A stretch of 64,000 nt of DNA from Lama guanicoe (lineage: Eukaryota): positions 962,536-1,026,535 of the forward strand of contig MU053594.1 in assembly GCA_013239625.1 (NCBI GenBank), in the 5' to 3' direction. Position 1 is the stretch's first letter. Every line of letters starts with the position of its first letter. Shown here one piece after another: positions 48,536 through 61,840 of the stretch. The translations under genes and the position numbers were made by a program. Below the pieces are notes generated by a model that saw only the letters and a list, made by a program, of their open reading frames with translations, did not search any database and was not told the origin of the DNA.

Positions 48536-50924
48536 AGCATTCAGCTTATGCTTTCCTGGCAATCTCTCTACCAAATTCTATTCTCAAAACCCATTTCTGT
48601 CCAGTTATAAAAATGGGGTCTCTAAATTCTATCAGGCAGATTTATATGAAGGCATTAGCTGAATCCCTATATTCCACATGTCTAAGTGGTAAGCACTGAA
48701 TTATCTTAGAAGGATACTGGAGATCATCTACACAGCCCCAGAAGAATCTATCCTGCCCAGAACAGAAACAGCAAAGCTGGAGACTCCAAAATCTTCCATC
48801 CTCTTCACCAGCCTAACAAACCAGCAGAACATGTGCCTCTGAGAACTACATGTGTCTGACTCTCTAAACTATGAATCAGAGAATGAGACTCACTGTCCCA
48901 AGACAATGTGTTTGCATTGAGAGTATTATCTTAAATAAAGTCAGTCAGTCAGAGGCCTGTTGGTTTAAATCAGCTCCTTCCAGTAAATCCTTCGTCTTAA
49001 TGCATCTTTTAAATTCAAGTTTCAGGTTGGTGGATTAATATCAGACTTACCTGTTACGAGTTTCTGTTAATTTCACTGGATTGACTATATAATTCCTATT
49101 ATAAAATATTTTTGCGAATCACTCTTAGCACTTCAATAATAAACTGGTTCTGCTTCAAAAAATTACCAGGCTACGTATTTCTCCATATTGCACAGAAACA
49201 ACCATTGCTACAGTGGTGGCTTGGTTTAATTCTTTACCTGTGATATTTCAGAGGTTGAGTACCATCCACTAAATGGTGTTATTATCCTGAAGGTTAACCA
49301 AGCAAAGCCAAATGGTCTATGGCAGGTTTTTAAAAGCCACAAAGATCTCTCATGATGCTCTAACCATGCAAAATGACAATTTGTAAACCTGCACAAGCCG
49401 CCAACTTATTTAGTTGCATGACAATTAGAAAATCACCATGACATTATTAGCTGCATTTTGTATAAAAGAGGCATTCTTCAAGGATTTAACTGATATAATG
49501 TATAAACAGAAAATATCTCACATTCCTAAGCATGCAAAAAAAAAAAAATCACAGAAATTCCTAAAGCTGATTGTCTCTGAGGTTTATTTTAGGAAAGGTG
49601 AAAACATACACCAATTTGTCTCTTAAAACCACTTTCCTGTACCAACAGCTATAGGACTTAAGCCCAAATGAATACCCAAAGGATGCTATCATAGCTTAGT
49701 TCTGTTTCTTATTAGAATAAGGCTTCCAAACATAACCACAGACACATTTATATAATGTCTTCTCTATCCCTGGTTAACTTCCTGGACTCCTGACCAGACA
49801 TTTCCATAAGGCCATCCTAACAAATGATGTCATTCACTGCATGCTCCTTAAGGCTGCCCGTGCATGGATGCTCTGGGCATCCCACGCTGTGGATGGACAG
49901 AGAAAGGCTGCAGCAGGCTAACCCATGACCTTCTAAAGGAGTGATGGTCTCATTCATTCAGCCAATTCATACTCTTGAACGTGAGTAAAGCCTTAGCATA
50001 ATACCTGGCGTGTGATAAACACTCAGCTCTATTACCAGGATTGCTATTATTACTACTAATTTCTTACCCTTTAAGTTAGTATTTCCTGACTGGTAGGAGC
50101 CATCAACTAAGAAAATAACCAGCAGTAATACATCACCAACTACTTGCTATGAAATAATGAATTCAAAAAAATGATGGATATAAAAATGCTTTCAAAATCC
50201 TAAGGGTGGTTTCATCAGCAGAGACAGGTCCCTTCCCGCCTTCTGGAAGCAAATTAAGTTGTGCTCTGCTTTGCATAAGTCTCTCCATAGGACTCTGTGT
50301 CCTTTGCTGGTAAAGTATCTTTACAGTTTCTAAAATAAAACTCAATATAAAAATGAAATTAAGTCCAAGGACTGGTTCAAAGATAAGGTGCACGGGATCT
50401 TTGTCATCTGAACACCCAAGTCCCGCAGTTAAGAGGGTGGGGGGAGGGAAATGTCGGCTGTCTAAGTACAGTATTCACTGGTGAACTGCGTGCTGACAGG
50501 AATCCATACAACTGAAACGGCCCTTCCTCACACTCACGTCCTCTCTCCCCGTCAACTCAGTGTCATCATCAGTCTCTTCCAAATTTTCAGATGAGGTCTG
50601 TCCAAAGATATAACACAAATGCAATGAAAATAATCATCAATCTTACGAGGATGTAGTATTGCATAAAGGCAATCAAAGCAGTGCTGAAAACTGCTCGAAT
50701 CACAGCCATGCTGTTGACGAGAGTGGGGTGAGCTAACAACCGAAAGGGTTAAAACTGACTAGGGTGATGAGAGGAGGGCAGCTTCCAAAGAGGATGACCT
50801 AACTCCCAAAAGATTTAGAGGGGCCCTTGAAGCCTGTGGCAGAAATGACCCTCTCTGATCACACTATGGAAAGTGAAAGGTGAAACACACAAAGCCAAAA
50901 GTACCTGGAGGAACATGAACAATG

Positions 50925-51280
50925 ACGGCTTAGTCTGCTCCAGCTGCAAAACAAAACAGCCCAGATAGGGGAGCTTGAACAGCAGAGGTCTACTTTCCCA
51001 CAGTTCTGGAGGCTGGGTGTCCAAGATCAAGTTGTCGGCAGCTGTGGTTTCTCCTCAGGCCTCTCTCCTTGGCTTGCTTGTGGCCTCCTCACTGTCCTCA
51101 CGTGGTGCTCTGGTGTCCCTTTCTCTTCTTATAAGGACAACAGTCCCACTGAATTAGGCTCCAACCCTTATGATCTCATTTCACATTAATCCCCTCAAAG
51201 TCCAAATATAATCTCATTGGGCTACTGTTTGTTCTTGGTTGACTGGTTGGGGATAGAGGAAACACAACTTAACAGTCCAG
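50925..51280 (-). mobile_element. MLT1A/B-like MaLR LTR
   Basis: 'cacagttctggaggctgggtgtccaagatcaag...ggcctctctccttggcttg...ttctcttcttataaggacaacagtc'. Confidence 0.85.
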
Positions 51281-52104
51281 GGCTGTGCTGACAGTTAAGG
51301 ACACACTAAGTGTCTCCCCTCCCTAAGCACGACCGAGGACCACACTTCATTTGGGGCATCCCACAGAGAAGGATTCCTCTCTCATCTTAGGGCCAGAGCA
51401 CAGAAAGGGGTAAAACACATCCTACTGCTCCTGGAAACCAGAAATGTATTCTCCCACCTTTGTTTATTATGCAAATCTGTACAAGCACTTCCCTCTGTTC
51501 TTTATAAAGGGTCCAACATGGAAAAAACAGTAACTTTTGTGATAGAAATTCTCTATCACAAAAATAATAGCTCAATAGAACCAGGCCACTTGGCATTTAT
51601 AATTAGTCTATTAAAACAGGTTTTTGGGGAGAAAGCATTTAAGACCATGACTGTTTTCAATGACTTAAAAATAAAGTCAAAACTAAGCACACACAAGCAA
51701 AGCAGTATTCTGAACGGTTAACTGAATCTGGGCCCACCATCTACGCAATCAGTCATTAACGGAGTCAAATATTTCAGGTTTATTATGCAATGGCTGATTT
51801 AAATTGAGTCAGTGGACCTGGATGAGGCCTACATGGCTAAAATAGGTGAATTACCTGGCAAATATAGGTAACCCCAACCAAGACTCCTAACATGGAATCA
51901 TCAAAAGTAGAGTCAATTGCATACAATGAGCACGGCACATACGAACATTGCCCCAGGGAAGAGCTGCCTGGAAAAGTCCATATACGTGGCCCATGATTAC
52001 ACTGTTGAGGAGTAAGTCCTCTTAAGCATGCAAGTTCCTTCCCTCTAAAGTCTCCTTTTCATTCCTCATTTTTCTTCCTAGCAAAAAAAAATTTTTTTAA
52101 CGTA

Positions 52105-52247
52105 AGAGAATGGCACGGCTACCGCACAATACTGTGAATATACTGAACACTACTGAACAGTACGCTTGAAACGATCAAGATGGTAAATTTGATGTCATAT
52201 AGGTTTTTTTTACTACAATTAAAAAATTTTAATAAAATGTAAAAAAG
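52105..52247 (+). mobile_element. Old L1 extreme 3' end
   Basis: 'gcacaatactgtgaatatactgaacactactgaacagtacgctt...atggtaaatttgatg...ttttactacaattaaaaa'. Confidence 0.75.
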
Positions 52248-52805
52248 AGAGAGAAAGGGAGAGAAAGCCATCGATTTTTGCCCTAGTCATATTTTCCGCT
52301 AAATCACAGGCCAGTAGGACAGCATAGGAGGTATAAGACCTAAATCTTGGGAATATTTCAATGTATACTTTATCTAATGGAAATTTACTCCAAATATAAT
52401 TGGTACAAACAGCAGCACATGAAAAATAGAGAATCTTTTTCTCTGTCTTGTTTTTCTTTCTTGACTTCCATGCTTTACATCTATTTGACGGAAGGGATCA
52501 GAGGGATCCTGCATCACTCAATTTCACCCTTATTCCTTGCATTAGAAATGCCAAGACCATTGTTTCTTCAAATTCTGTAATTTGGGGAAATTTTCATTTA
52601 TTGAGACAAATAGGGATGTTGGCACAATATGAGAGAAATATCCGATACAGACATTAACACATACGGTATGTCATTGCTATAAATCAAAAGGAAAAAATTA
52701 TCATATTTATTTTGTGTGTTTCCTATGCCTCTTCAGGTCCAAAGTTTCTGGTAAGAGTTCATTAATGTATCAAGGTGTCCTCAAGTTCTGGATATACGTA
52801 CACGT

Positions 52806-52806
<1 letters not shown>

Positions 52807-52844
<38 letters not shown>
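52807..52844. repeat. (CA)n microsatellite
   Basis: Direct reading. Confidence 0.95.
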
Positions 52845-52847
<3 letters not shown>

Positions 52848-54119
52848 TTCACGGCTGATTTTACTGTCAACAAAAGGGTCCAACAATCATCTTTTATTTT
52901 TTTAGACCCAAGTGAAGGATGTTTTTGTTTGTGCATCAGATCCATTGATGAAGTCACCGCAGCTCTGGGAATTGCTCACTAGCTAAATGAGCTCGCTGTG
53001 ACACCAGGGAAACACAAACCATTGTTTTTTTCCAGGAGTCACTGTAACAGACACAACCCTACCTGTTCTCATTTAAAGGCTGAAGAGAAGGAAACTCTTG
53101 GAAAATAAACTCTCAAGATCTGAAAAGCATAACAGCTTTAGGTCTGCTTTAAAAAAAACCCAACAGAACATATCTAAACATAATTAAATTTCTATTCCAG
53201 CTCATTACATATTATTATCATTTTTTTTCTTTCTTTCTTTTTCCAGTCGGTCTCATTCACCTCCTCCAGCTCTGAGGCATTTAACAACAAAGCCTCTTGA
53301 GCTCTGGTAAGAGAAGGGCCTCTCTCAAGGCCTCTGAGACAAGGTGGAGGCATTTCTTCCACCTCCGTGTGAACCGCTCAAGATGCAAAGACGGTGACCA
53401 ATGACCCTCCAAGCACATGGTCACTGAAACGGGCTGACACACTTTGAATTAAAGGAGGCTGAATGCTCCAAACCCTGATATAACTGTGTCTGGTCTGTAC
53501 TTAGATGGATTCCCTTTAACACAACAGTTCACTGGAAGCACCTTGTCCCCACAAACACCCATCACTGAAAAGCAAGCGGCAAAGAAGCAGATTCACCTGG
53601 ACACCAATTGTTTGCCGGGTGCACGCTGAGATAGTCTGTAATCTAGCCCTGCTCGCTTTCATTCATGACCCCTGTCTTCTTTCTGGCCTATTTCACATCC
53701 TTTCATTCCTCCAAGCGATTTATAAGCTTGAAGGGCTGCCTGCCCTTTCTCTCAGGGGTCCTAGCCCACACCCTCCAGAACAGTTAAAAAGGAGCTAATG
53801 ATCCCTGCTCTAGCCAAGTTCTGTTTGTTCCCGCCGGGCCATCAGCAAAGGCTCTCAGGAGATAGTCATAAACAAGCAGTTAGCACATCCTCCAAAGCTG
53901 CGGTGTCTGCCCCACGTGTCTCCTCCGCGCCCCCCTCCCCCGAAGCCCCCCCACCGAGCTCTGCACAGACATGCGTGCTCTGCCTTAAACCGCCAAGCCT
54001 AGAGGGCGAATCGCCTCTACTCACTAAGAGCTGCTTAGGTGGGGGAGGCGGGGGGGCAGCACTAGCAGAGAAGGGCAGTGTCCAGAAACAAGACCCCCCA
54101 CTCAAATTCGCGGTCGGGT

Positions 54120-54250
54120 CACTCCCTTTGTGATCCTCGTAAAGTTACGTAGCCTCTCTCAGGCCTAATTTCTTCATCTGTCAAATAGAGAATAAAAGTC
54201 CCGCTGCCCCCTACAGGTTGTCCTGGGGATTACACAGGATGGCGTGCGAA
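54120..54250 (+). mobile_element. MIR fragment
   Basis: 'gcctctctcaggcctaatttcttcatctgtcaaatagagaataa'. Confidence 0.65.
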
Positions 54251-56579
54251 GTTGTTGACTGATCACAGCAAAACCCCTATACTTACCACCTGCACAGACT
54301 CAACCACCTGAATGGGTCCATGAACAGGCTTAATAAATTGAACCTTCTATGAACACTTCCTAGAGTTCCTCCAATTAAAGCTGTTCTCAGTTTCCAATCC
54401 ATTTAAATCAAATAATTAAAACCTGGCATAGCCCCATCCCCCTGGACTGGCTCTTCTCTTAGGAAGAGCCGCTCAAAACCTGGTAACTTCAGGCTGCTGA
54501 GTCAAGGTTCTCCCATACCTCTGTCTCAAAGAAAAGCATCCATCTCTAGCTCCTCTTATGAGAAACACCCTAAGACCAAGGTACAAACTCCAAGTTTAAA
54601 TGTAATCCTTGCTCCTGGTTACCTGTCTGGGTCTATTAAATTGGGAGTGACCTCAGCCATCCTTCGTAAAGTGCCCACGACACCAGAGGGTCAGAAGGAA
54701 AATATTTTGCAATATCTAGATGTGCAAGATGTGTCAATCACGGTGTCTTCCACGCCCGCAGCTCTGGATGAATGAAGCAGCCTTAGGTGACCAGATTCTG
54801 CTCCGCCTAAACCCTACTGCCTGCCCGGAACAGGGATGGGCAGTGCCATGATGTGGCTGGTATCAGGGTCAGAAGCCTGTCTCTTTAGAGATCTGAACTA
54901 GAAAACACTGAAGGAGCGAGACGGGAAAGTTCCAGAAGAAAAACCGTGAGGCTAGAGGAGCCACAAGGAACCAGAGATGCATGGAGAACATGGCAAGGGA
55001 GGAGGAATCGGAGGCGGTGGGGACCATAGGTGGGGAAGCAGAGAGGGGACAATGGGAAGCCAGCCAGCTGGCGGCTCCTCCAGTCCCAGGGCTGCTTGGT
55101 TACGTCACGCGCAGCCTCCCTTCGAGTGAAGATGCAGAAACACCTGCTCCCGTGGGCTCCAGCTCAGAGACTCTGGATTCAGAATAGCCCCTCAGGCTCC
55201 CAACTTAGTGAGGCTCTGCGCCGGTTCCCGCACTCAGATTTCCAGGAGCTTCGGTTTTGCTGAAGCCTCGTGTGTGCGCTCGCCTGAACGCATCCCTGTC
55301 TTCCAACCCCAAGTGTCACAGAATCCCGCGGGCATTTCCCACGTGATGGAGACCCAGCCTCTCACTGCTGTGACTTATGCCTCAGACATCTCAGAGTAAG
55401 GGAGACACTAGAAAATGGACCCCAGACGACTTCCATTACCGACTTTTATAACATACAGTTTTGTATTTCATTACAACATTCCTTCTGCAGCACGTCACGC
55501 TGCTCAATAAAAAGTCCTCCTTTACGACAGCATCCATTCATCTCAAAGAAGCCAAGGGGCTGCCTGCCTGTTTTGTTCCGTGTCGGAGGTGACGCTGGGC
55601 AGACAGAAACAAGCCCCATGGGGATAACTTTACAAGCTGCCTGTCCTGCCTTAGGCCAAGGCTCCCCGCACAAACAAGACCCCCGTCTCTGTAGGAAGAG
55701 GTGGACGAGAGCCATCTGCTCGGAAAGCATGCATTTCATCTAGTGCCTGGCCTTAAGCTAGCATGTCCTTCCATCCACGGGGCTGTGTCATATTATATTT
55801 TGCACAGCTCTGTTTTATTTATTTCAGGAAATGCCAAGTACATTGCATGTTATAGCCTAAAAGTATTAGCAACTATAAGACAAGGCATATTTTAAACACA
55901 TTCTCCAGGCCTGTGTAGTGTACCATTTACGTGCAATAGTATAAATAAACAGAGTTTCAAAAATTAGAAAGGTGCAAAAAATTATACAGAAATACTCCTG
56001 CTGTGTGCTTTTTCTTGGGAGCAAAGAATCATGGGGGGACATCTAGACTTGCATTTGTCTTTAAGAAATGTAGTTTTATCTGAGACATTCAAAGGGACAA
56101 TGAGGTCAGATATTCTGTACCAAAACTTGGGGCAAAATGCCAAGCATTTAGCTTGAGAAACTGCCTCAGAATTCAGATAAATGTTTAAAACTAATTTACA
56201 AATATAGATAAAGCATGGACGTATGAAAGTCGATTTTTTGTTTGTTTCAAATAAATGGAATATATTGACGTTAACCTGGCTAATACAACACATAGCCTTG
56301 CAAACGTGTACTACTTGAGAGATTGTTTTTAGTTGCAAGAGACTAAAACCCTGACTCAAACCTGCTTAAGCCATTTAACAAAAAATCTTCCATAAGGAGA
56401 AGAACAGAGGCTGTGTAAACTGATAATGTTAACAGCAAAAACCCATCTCTCGGCTCTGTCATTCTCAGTGCTGGTTTCATCTTTAGATCTGCAGCAATAT
56501 AGATTCAGAAGTTTCAGCCAACAGACCACATGCGACAATGTTCAGAGGAAAAATATATATGATCTTTTTTTATAAATCT

Positions 56580-57520
56580 TTTCTTTTGCTTTTTAGACAA
56601 TTTTTTATTCTGAAAAATTTCAAATCTATAGAAGTTACCAAAATTATACAACCCATGTATCTTTCACTGAAACTCATCAGTTGTTAACATTATTCTATGC
56701 GGCTTTGTTTCCCTCTCCATAAATATATGCATAACTTTATTATTATTGCTGAACTGTTTAAGAGTATGTTGCAGACATCACAATCCTTTACCCCTAAATA
56801 CTGCAGCATCTCTTTCCTAAAAACTGGGCAAGTCTCATGTATAATCTGTACTGAGTTGGCTATCATTCCCCCCCAAATTCACATCCATCTGGAACCTCAG
56901 AAAGTGACCTTATTTGGAAATCGAATCCCTGCAGATGCAGTTAGTTAAGACGAGGTCATACTGGATGAGGGTGGGGCCTGAGCCCACTGACTAGTATCCT
57001 TGTACGGCCACGTGAAGACAGAGACACACAGGGAAGAGGTCATGTGCTGACAGACGTAGAGCCTGCAGTGATGCACCTGTGAGCCAGGGAAGGACAAGGA
57101 TGCCAGCAACCACCAGAAGCTAAGGAAACGCAAGGGAAGACTCTCCTCTAGAGCTTCAGAAGGAACACGGCCCTTCTGACTCCTTGCTTTCAGACTTCTG
57201 GCCCCCAGGACTATGAGAGAATACATTTCCGTTGTGTTAAGCCACCCAGTTTGCGATCCTTGGGTTACAGCAGCCCTAGGGAACTTAATACATAATCACA
57301 ATGCATTTATGAAGTTCAGGGAATTTCGCACGGATACAGTGCTAGTATCTAACAGACAATCTACATTCAAATTTCATAAATTTTCCCAAAATGTTCTTTA
57401 TAGAATTTTCTTCCCAAACCACACTCCAATCCAGGATGGCATGTTTGGCTCCCTCTCCTCCTTGGTCTCCTCCAATCTGAACCAGTTCTTTGGCCTTTCA
57501 TTGTCCTTTTACACATTGAT
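56580..57520 (-). mobile_element. Old L1 (L1MC/ME-like) 3'UTR fragment, host of a nested MLT1 LTR
   Basis: 'ttttattctgaaaaatttcaaatctatagaag...gttgcagacatcacaatcctttacccctaaatactgcagcat' resumes after the LTR with 'acaatgcatttatgaagttcagg...ccaatccaggat'. Confidence 0.8.
56847..57292 (+). mobile_element. MLT1C-like MaLR solo LTR with perfect 5-bp TSD
   Basis: TG...CA termini; 'gaacctcagaaagtgaccttatttggaaat...gcagccctagggaacttaataca'. TAATC at 56842-56846 and 57293-57297. Confidence 0.9.
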
Positions 57521-57524
57521 ATAT

Positions 57525-57650
57525 ATTTTTTTTTGAAGGGGGAGGTAATTAGGTGTATTTATTTACTTACTTTAATGGAGGTACTGGGGATTGAACCCAG
57601 GACCTCTTGCATGCTAAGCATGTGCTCTACCCCTGAGCTATACCCTCCCC
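57525..57650 (-). mobile_element. tRNA-Ala-derived camelid SINE (Vic-1 type)
   Basis: Reverse complement reads GGGGAGGGTATAGCTCAGGGGTAGAGCACATGCTTAGCATGCAAGAGGTCCTGGGTTCAATCCCCAGTACCTCC, followed by the 'cctaattacctcccc' tail. Confidence 0.9.
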
Positions 57651-59890
57651 TCAACCTGCCAATTGATGAGCACAGGCCCAAGGTGTGGTAGACCAAAGGA
57701 GATCACCAGAATCCCCATCACACACGGGGTATCTTTCTACCATTGCTCGTGCTGTGCGTGGTACCATCACCAACAACCTCTCTGTTTACCACCCTCCTCT
57801 TCATCACATCAAAATCCTTAACCCCTAGTTACAGGCTCAGATGAAGGGCTACCCCCACCGTGAATCCTGTACCTATCCTGATCATATCATTTCTCCCTCT
57901 CCTGGAATTTTAACTGTAATAGTTACTGTCTCAAGAGTTCTTACTTACTGTTCTCAATGGTTACTGTCTTCAAGAGTGACACTTAATAATGACCAGACTA
58001 GACTGTCACGCAGCATTTCCTATGTACACATCATATCCCACCAAAATCCCCCTTACAGCTAGTACTGTGTACTCAGTATGGACATTACTTGAATTCAATT
58101 AAATTAACATTTTCAGTAATTTACTATACAGTTAAATACTTGGTACTCTCACTTACTGACTTTTCCTGCTTGACTTGGGTATAGCAGCAAAAGAAAGTAA
58201 TAAAAGAGCAGATTTTTCCATCTCAGAAAAGTCAGCAATTATAAATCAGTAATTATTTCCATAAGAACAATTCTCCTTTCAGGTATACAGCTGATGCTTG
58301 CTCATTAGGAGGAAGCATCTGGGGAATAGAATATGACTCCAAGTAACAGGCAAGGTGGTTTTATTATCAGCTAGTGTATTGAAAAGCTATATGACCCTGT
58401 TATTCATCAGAATAAGGAAAATGAAGCAATTAGAGCCAAGCCTCACTAATCCGTATTTACATTATTGAAAGCCCATCTGACTGAAATAGCGAAGTCAAAT
58501 TTATACAATGTTTCTGAAGAAATGCAGCTTAATTTTTTCAAGCATAAAGAGTTATTTTTTTAAAAAAAAAACCATTCATAATGAATTGCTCAAATGAAAT
58601 CCTGCTTTAATAAATATGTAAGAAGGGGCTGTAATTAGCAGATCACAACCAGAGACATGAATCAAATACAAAACTAATTTAGTTCAGAATCAGATCTCGG
58701 AATGCTTTGACATCCTAGGTTTATTCCAGTTTCATACTTTCAGAAAATAGGAAATCGGTTCACTAGGTGGCTTGGCTTTTCCTTTTTAAATTGAATTAAT
58801 AGCTCCGTTCTGGTTCAAAATGTGGTTCAACTTCCTAAGTCAAGAAAGCTTCAGCATCGTCTTCTCAGCCTGTGCGCTGACCTCCACTCACGCCGGAAAT
58901 GGCAGAGTTTGTCATAAATAAGAGCTTTACTGTGCTTGCAGGTAAGTCATCATGCTCCCCTTCTGCTTTCATTCCCTTTAGTCCTAACAGTTGGTCCCTT
59001 TTTGATGATACACAAAAGTAAGCATCACCCTAGCCCTTTTTGAATTATCACAAATAACTGAATATTTCAACCTGGGATTAACCTTTTCATCCTCTACAAT
59101 TCCAAAGCATCTCTAGGACCTGGATCTTTTCAAATTTAACACTTGGATACACAGACTTGGAAACAAGTTCTTCCTAGTCCAGGAATGAATTTCAGTGATG
59201 AGTCCAACAGAGGGCTAAGCACTAACTCACATCCCCTTATATGTTTATTGAGACTCCTCTCCCCATTGGCTGTCGGTTACGCTTACTCTCACGTCCACCA
59301 ACAGTTGTTTAAAGCTTTCCAATTAAATAAGCCCAATGAAGACTTCCTGCCTCCAAAGATTTCAAGGTTTATTGATTGACTGAGCAGGTAAAATTTTTGC
59401 CCATGTATTAATAATTCTGTGGGTGTGGTCCTGCATGAGTCTCTGCTGTTTTAAAAAGGAAACACAAATTGAGAGGACCAGCAAGTCAATCATCAAGTCG
59501 ACCAGCTTCCTCTTTTATGAAGTTCAAGGCTCAGTGTCCCAGGCTAACTCGGGTTCTTCATGAACAGACAAAGCCTTTAGAGCAAGTTACTGTCCTGTTC
59601 TACTGTGACAGCCCCAAACTGTCCTGGAGACACCTGTCAGGACAACACAAGAGAGTCTCCAGCTTGTGCTGTCCCAGGTCTTTGGCCCAGGACTCAGCCA
59701 TGCTTCAGGCTCAGTGGGCCCACACGGACCCCAGAATCTGCTGTTTATATAAAGTCTGCAGCCTAAAACTATAGTTGAAGGAAGATCAGTAGGAATGGAT
59801 CGAAAGAACATTTCAGAGAGTAAAACCAGAATATGTTCCGGTTCTCTTTCTTCTTAACTTTTAATGTGTTGATTTAAAATCACTGTAGAG

Positions 59891-60025
59891 GGGGAGGGTA
59901 TAGCTCAAGCAGTAGAGTGCACGTTTAGCATGCGTGAGGTCCTCGGTTCAATCCCCAGTAACTCCTTTAAAAATAAATACACCTAATAACCTCCCGCAGC
60001 AAAATAATAATAATAAATAATGATT
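59891..60025 (+). mobile_element. tRNA-Ala-derived camelid SINE (Vic-1 type)
   Basis: 'ggggagggtatagctcaagcagtagagtgcacgtttagcatgcgtgaggtcctcggttcaatccccagta'. TSD ATCACT(G/A)TAGAG at 59879-59890 and 60033-60044. Confidence 0.9.
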
Positions 60026-61164
60026 TTAAAAGATCACTATAGAGAACAGAGAGAGAAATGATCTCCAGACGATGTGGTTTTAGTTTCACTGCTTGGACAG
60101 ACGATGCGCGTCTCTCTGGAACTACTGGGAAGAATGATGCTCGTTTGAATACTCTGAACTCAAAATCACAATTTTGGGGAAGTCGTCCTCCGATATTAAG
60201 TGGCTTATAACCAGCAACTTACTTAGGGGTGCATTTTCCAATTAATTTGGGGGAGGGTTATGCAGGTAATAAAATTAGACATGTGAACTGATAAGGTTTT
60301 TCAGTGGCTGAAGTGAGTCATTAACCCTCCTCTGAAAGTGTCCTGGCTAAATTCATCCCAGCTGTGTGTTTCCACCCATGCAAAATCACTTCTTTTGAGA
60401 GGTGCTTTGGAGAAACCCGCTCTGCATATACTGAGGGAAGCTCTAAGACATGGCCACATGAAACTTACTCCACACCTGTGATCATTCTTAGAGCCAGTAT
60501 CAGGGCATCATAATTCTGAAGGCCTTACTTTGAGCATAAATGAACTGATCCTCCATTGAAAAAGATCATTATCTACATTCAGAATCTGCGATGATGAAAG
60601 CATCCTGGAATGTGAGGATGGAGAAGAGGGGTTTCAGCAGCTCACAGTGACCGTAATTCATGAACTCTCAACCCCAGGTACTGTGAGATGTGTCATTATT
60701 TCACGTACTAAGAAAAAAAGGAAAGCTGTCGATTAAATTATGCCACAATGCCTTATCAGTTCAAAATTTTGTTTTGCACCTGTTAAGGCAGTCCATTGAC
60801 ACACAGGTTTTTATCATAAATCATCTTTGTACTTAAATAAAAAGGAAATTATCGGGAACATGAATTAGTTAAGTATCCCCAACACTTCACATTCAGAATC
60901 CAACTTTAAATTATGTTTTGACTCCCAACCACCCAGGTCCATGTCCTCCCCCACAATGTAACCTCTGTGCCATCGAGAGCATCGCTGATGCAGCTTCTGT
61001 AAGAGGGCCCCACTGCTGTCTCTGGGGCGTCCTTCCAAGCTGCTGACATCCATGCTATGAAACTGTGCTGCTGGTACCCTGGATGTTCATGCGTGCACAG
61101 GCTCTCTCAACTACATCACCACTGCTTCATGGCGCAAAGCAGCTGTCAGACACCAGGGACTAAG

Positions 61165-61231
61165 AGAAGCAATCCTGTTTTCAGAATTTCTAAAATGGAA
61201 ACACGTGCATCATAGAATCAATGACACGGTA
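61165..61231 (-). mobile_element. MER104/Kanga-like (TcMar-Tc2) terminal fragment
   Basis: 'tttcagaatttctaaaatggaaacacgtgcatcatagaatcaatgacacggta' resembles the MER104 terminus followed by TA. Confidence 0.55.
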
Positions 61232-61644
61232 GTTTTGTGACCTTGCACAAGTCCCTTAGCCTGGATTCCATCTGCTAATGGAAAGGAGTATTCCAGACCC
61301 GCGGGAGAGGCTTCTAGGGCTTTAAGACTGTGTGGCCTGACTTGCACTAATTTGTTTAGGCTGGTGCGTTCCAAATAATCAACAGGATGCTTTCAGACTG
61401 TGTGACAACACCTCGAGACTACAAAGAGACTCCAAATTCTCCTGCTGCCTTCGTTTGGTGCTACCTGACGAGACCAACAGTTTGCTTCTGGATGCCTTTA
61501 CCCCAACCTAGGCTGCACTTCACAGAGCTTTGCTTAAGGATATCTGCTCAATTAGCTTTTAAGAAAGTACTGCATCTAGCGGGTAAGCAGGCACCAGTGC
61601 CCATGAGGAATTGTTTATTAAGAGCAAATCCCCGTCCATCATAA

Positions 61645-61840
61645 CCAAACTGGCTTGGGTTCCAGCCACAGGTCTACTACGTACTACGTACCCGCTCTGT
61701 TGTGTTTAGACAATTATGCAAGGCCTCCGTGATGCCCTCGAAGTAATTTCTATGTAAACGGAGATCATTCCTGCCTTAGTTTACTTCAAGGAATACACAC
61801 CTGGTACAGCATCCAGCACAGAGTATACGCAATCAATGTT
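61645..61840 (+). mobile_element. MIR fragment
   Basis: 'ctggcttgggttccagccacagg...tctatgtaaacggagatcatt...cagcacagagtatacgcaatcaatgtt'. Confidence 0.55.
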
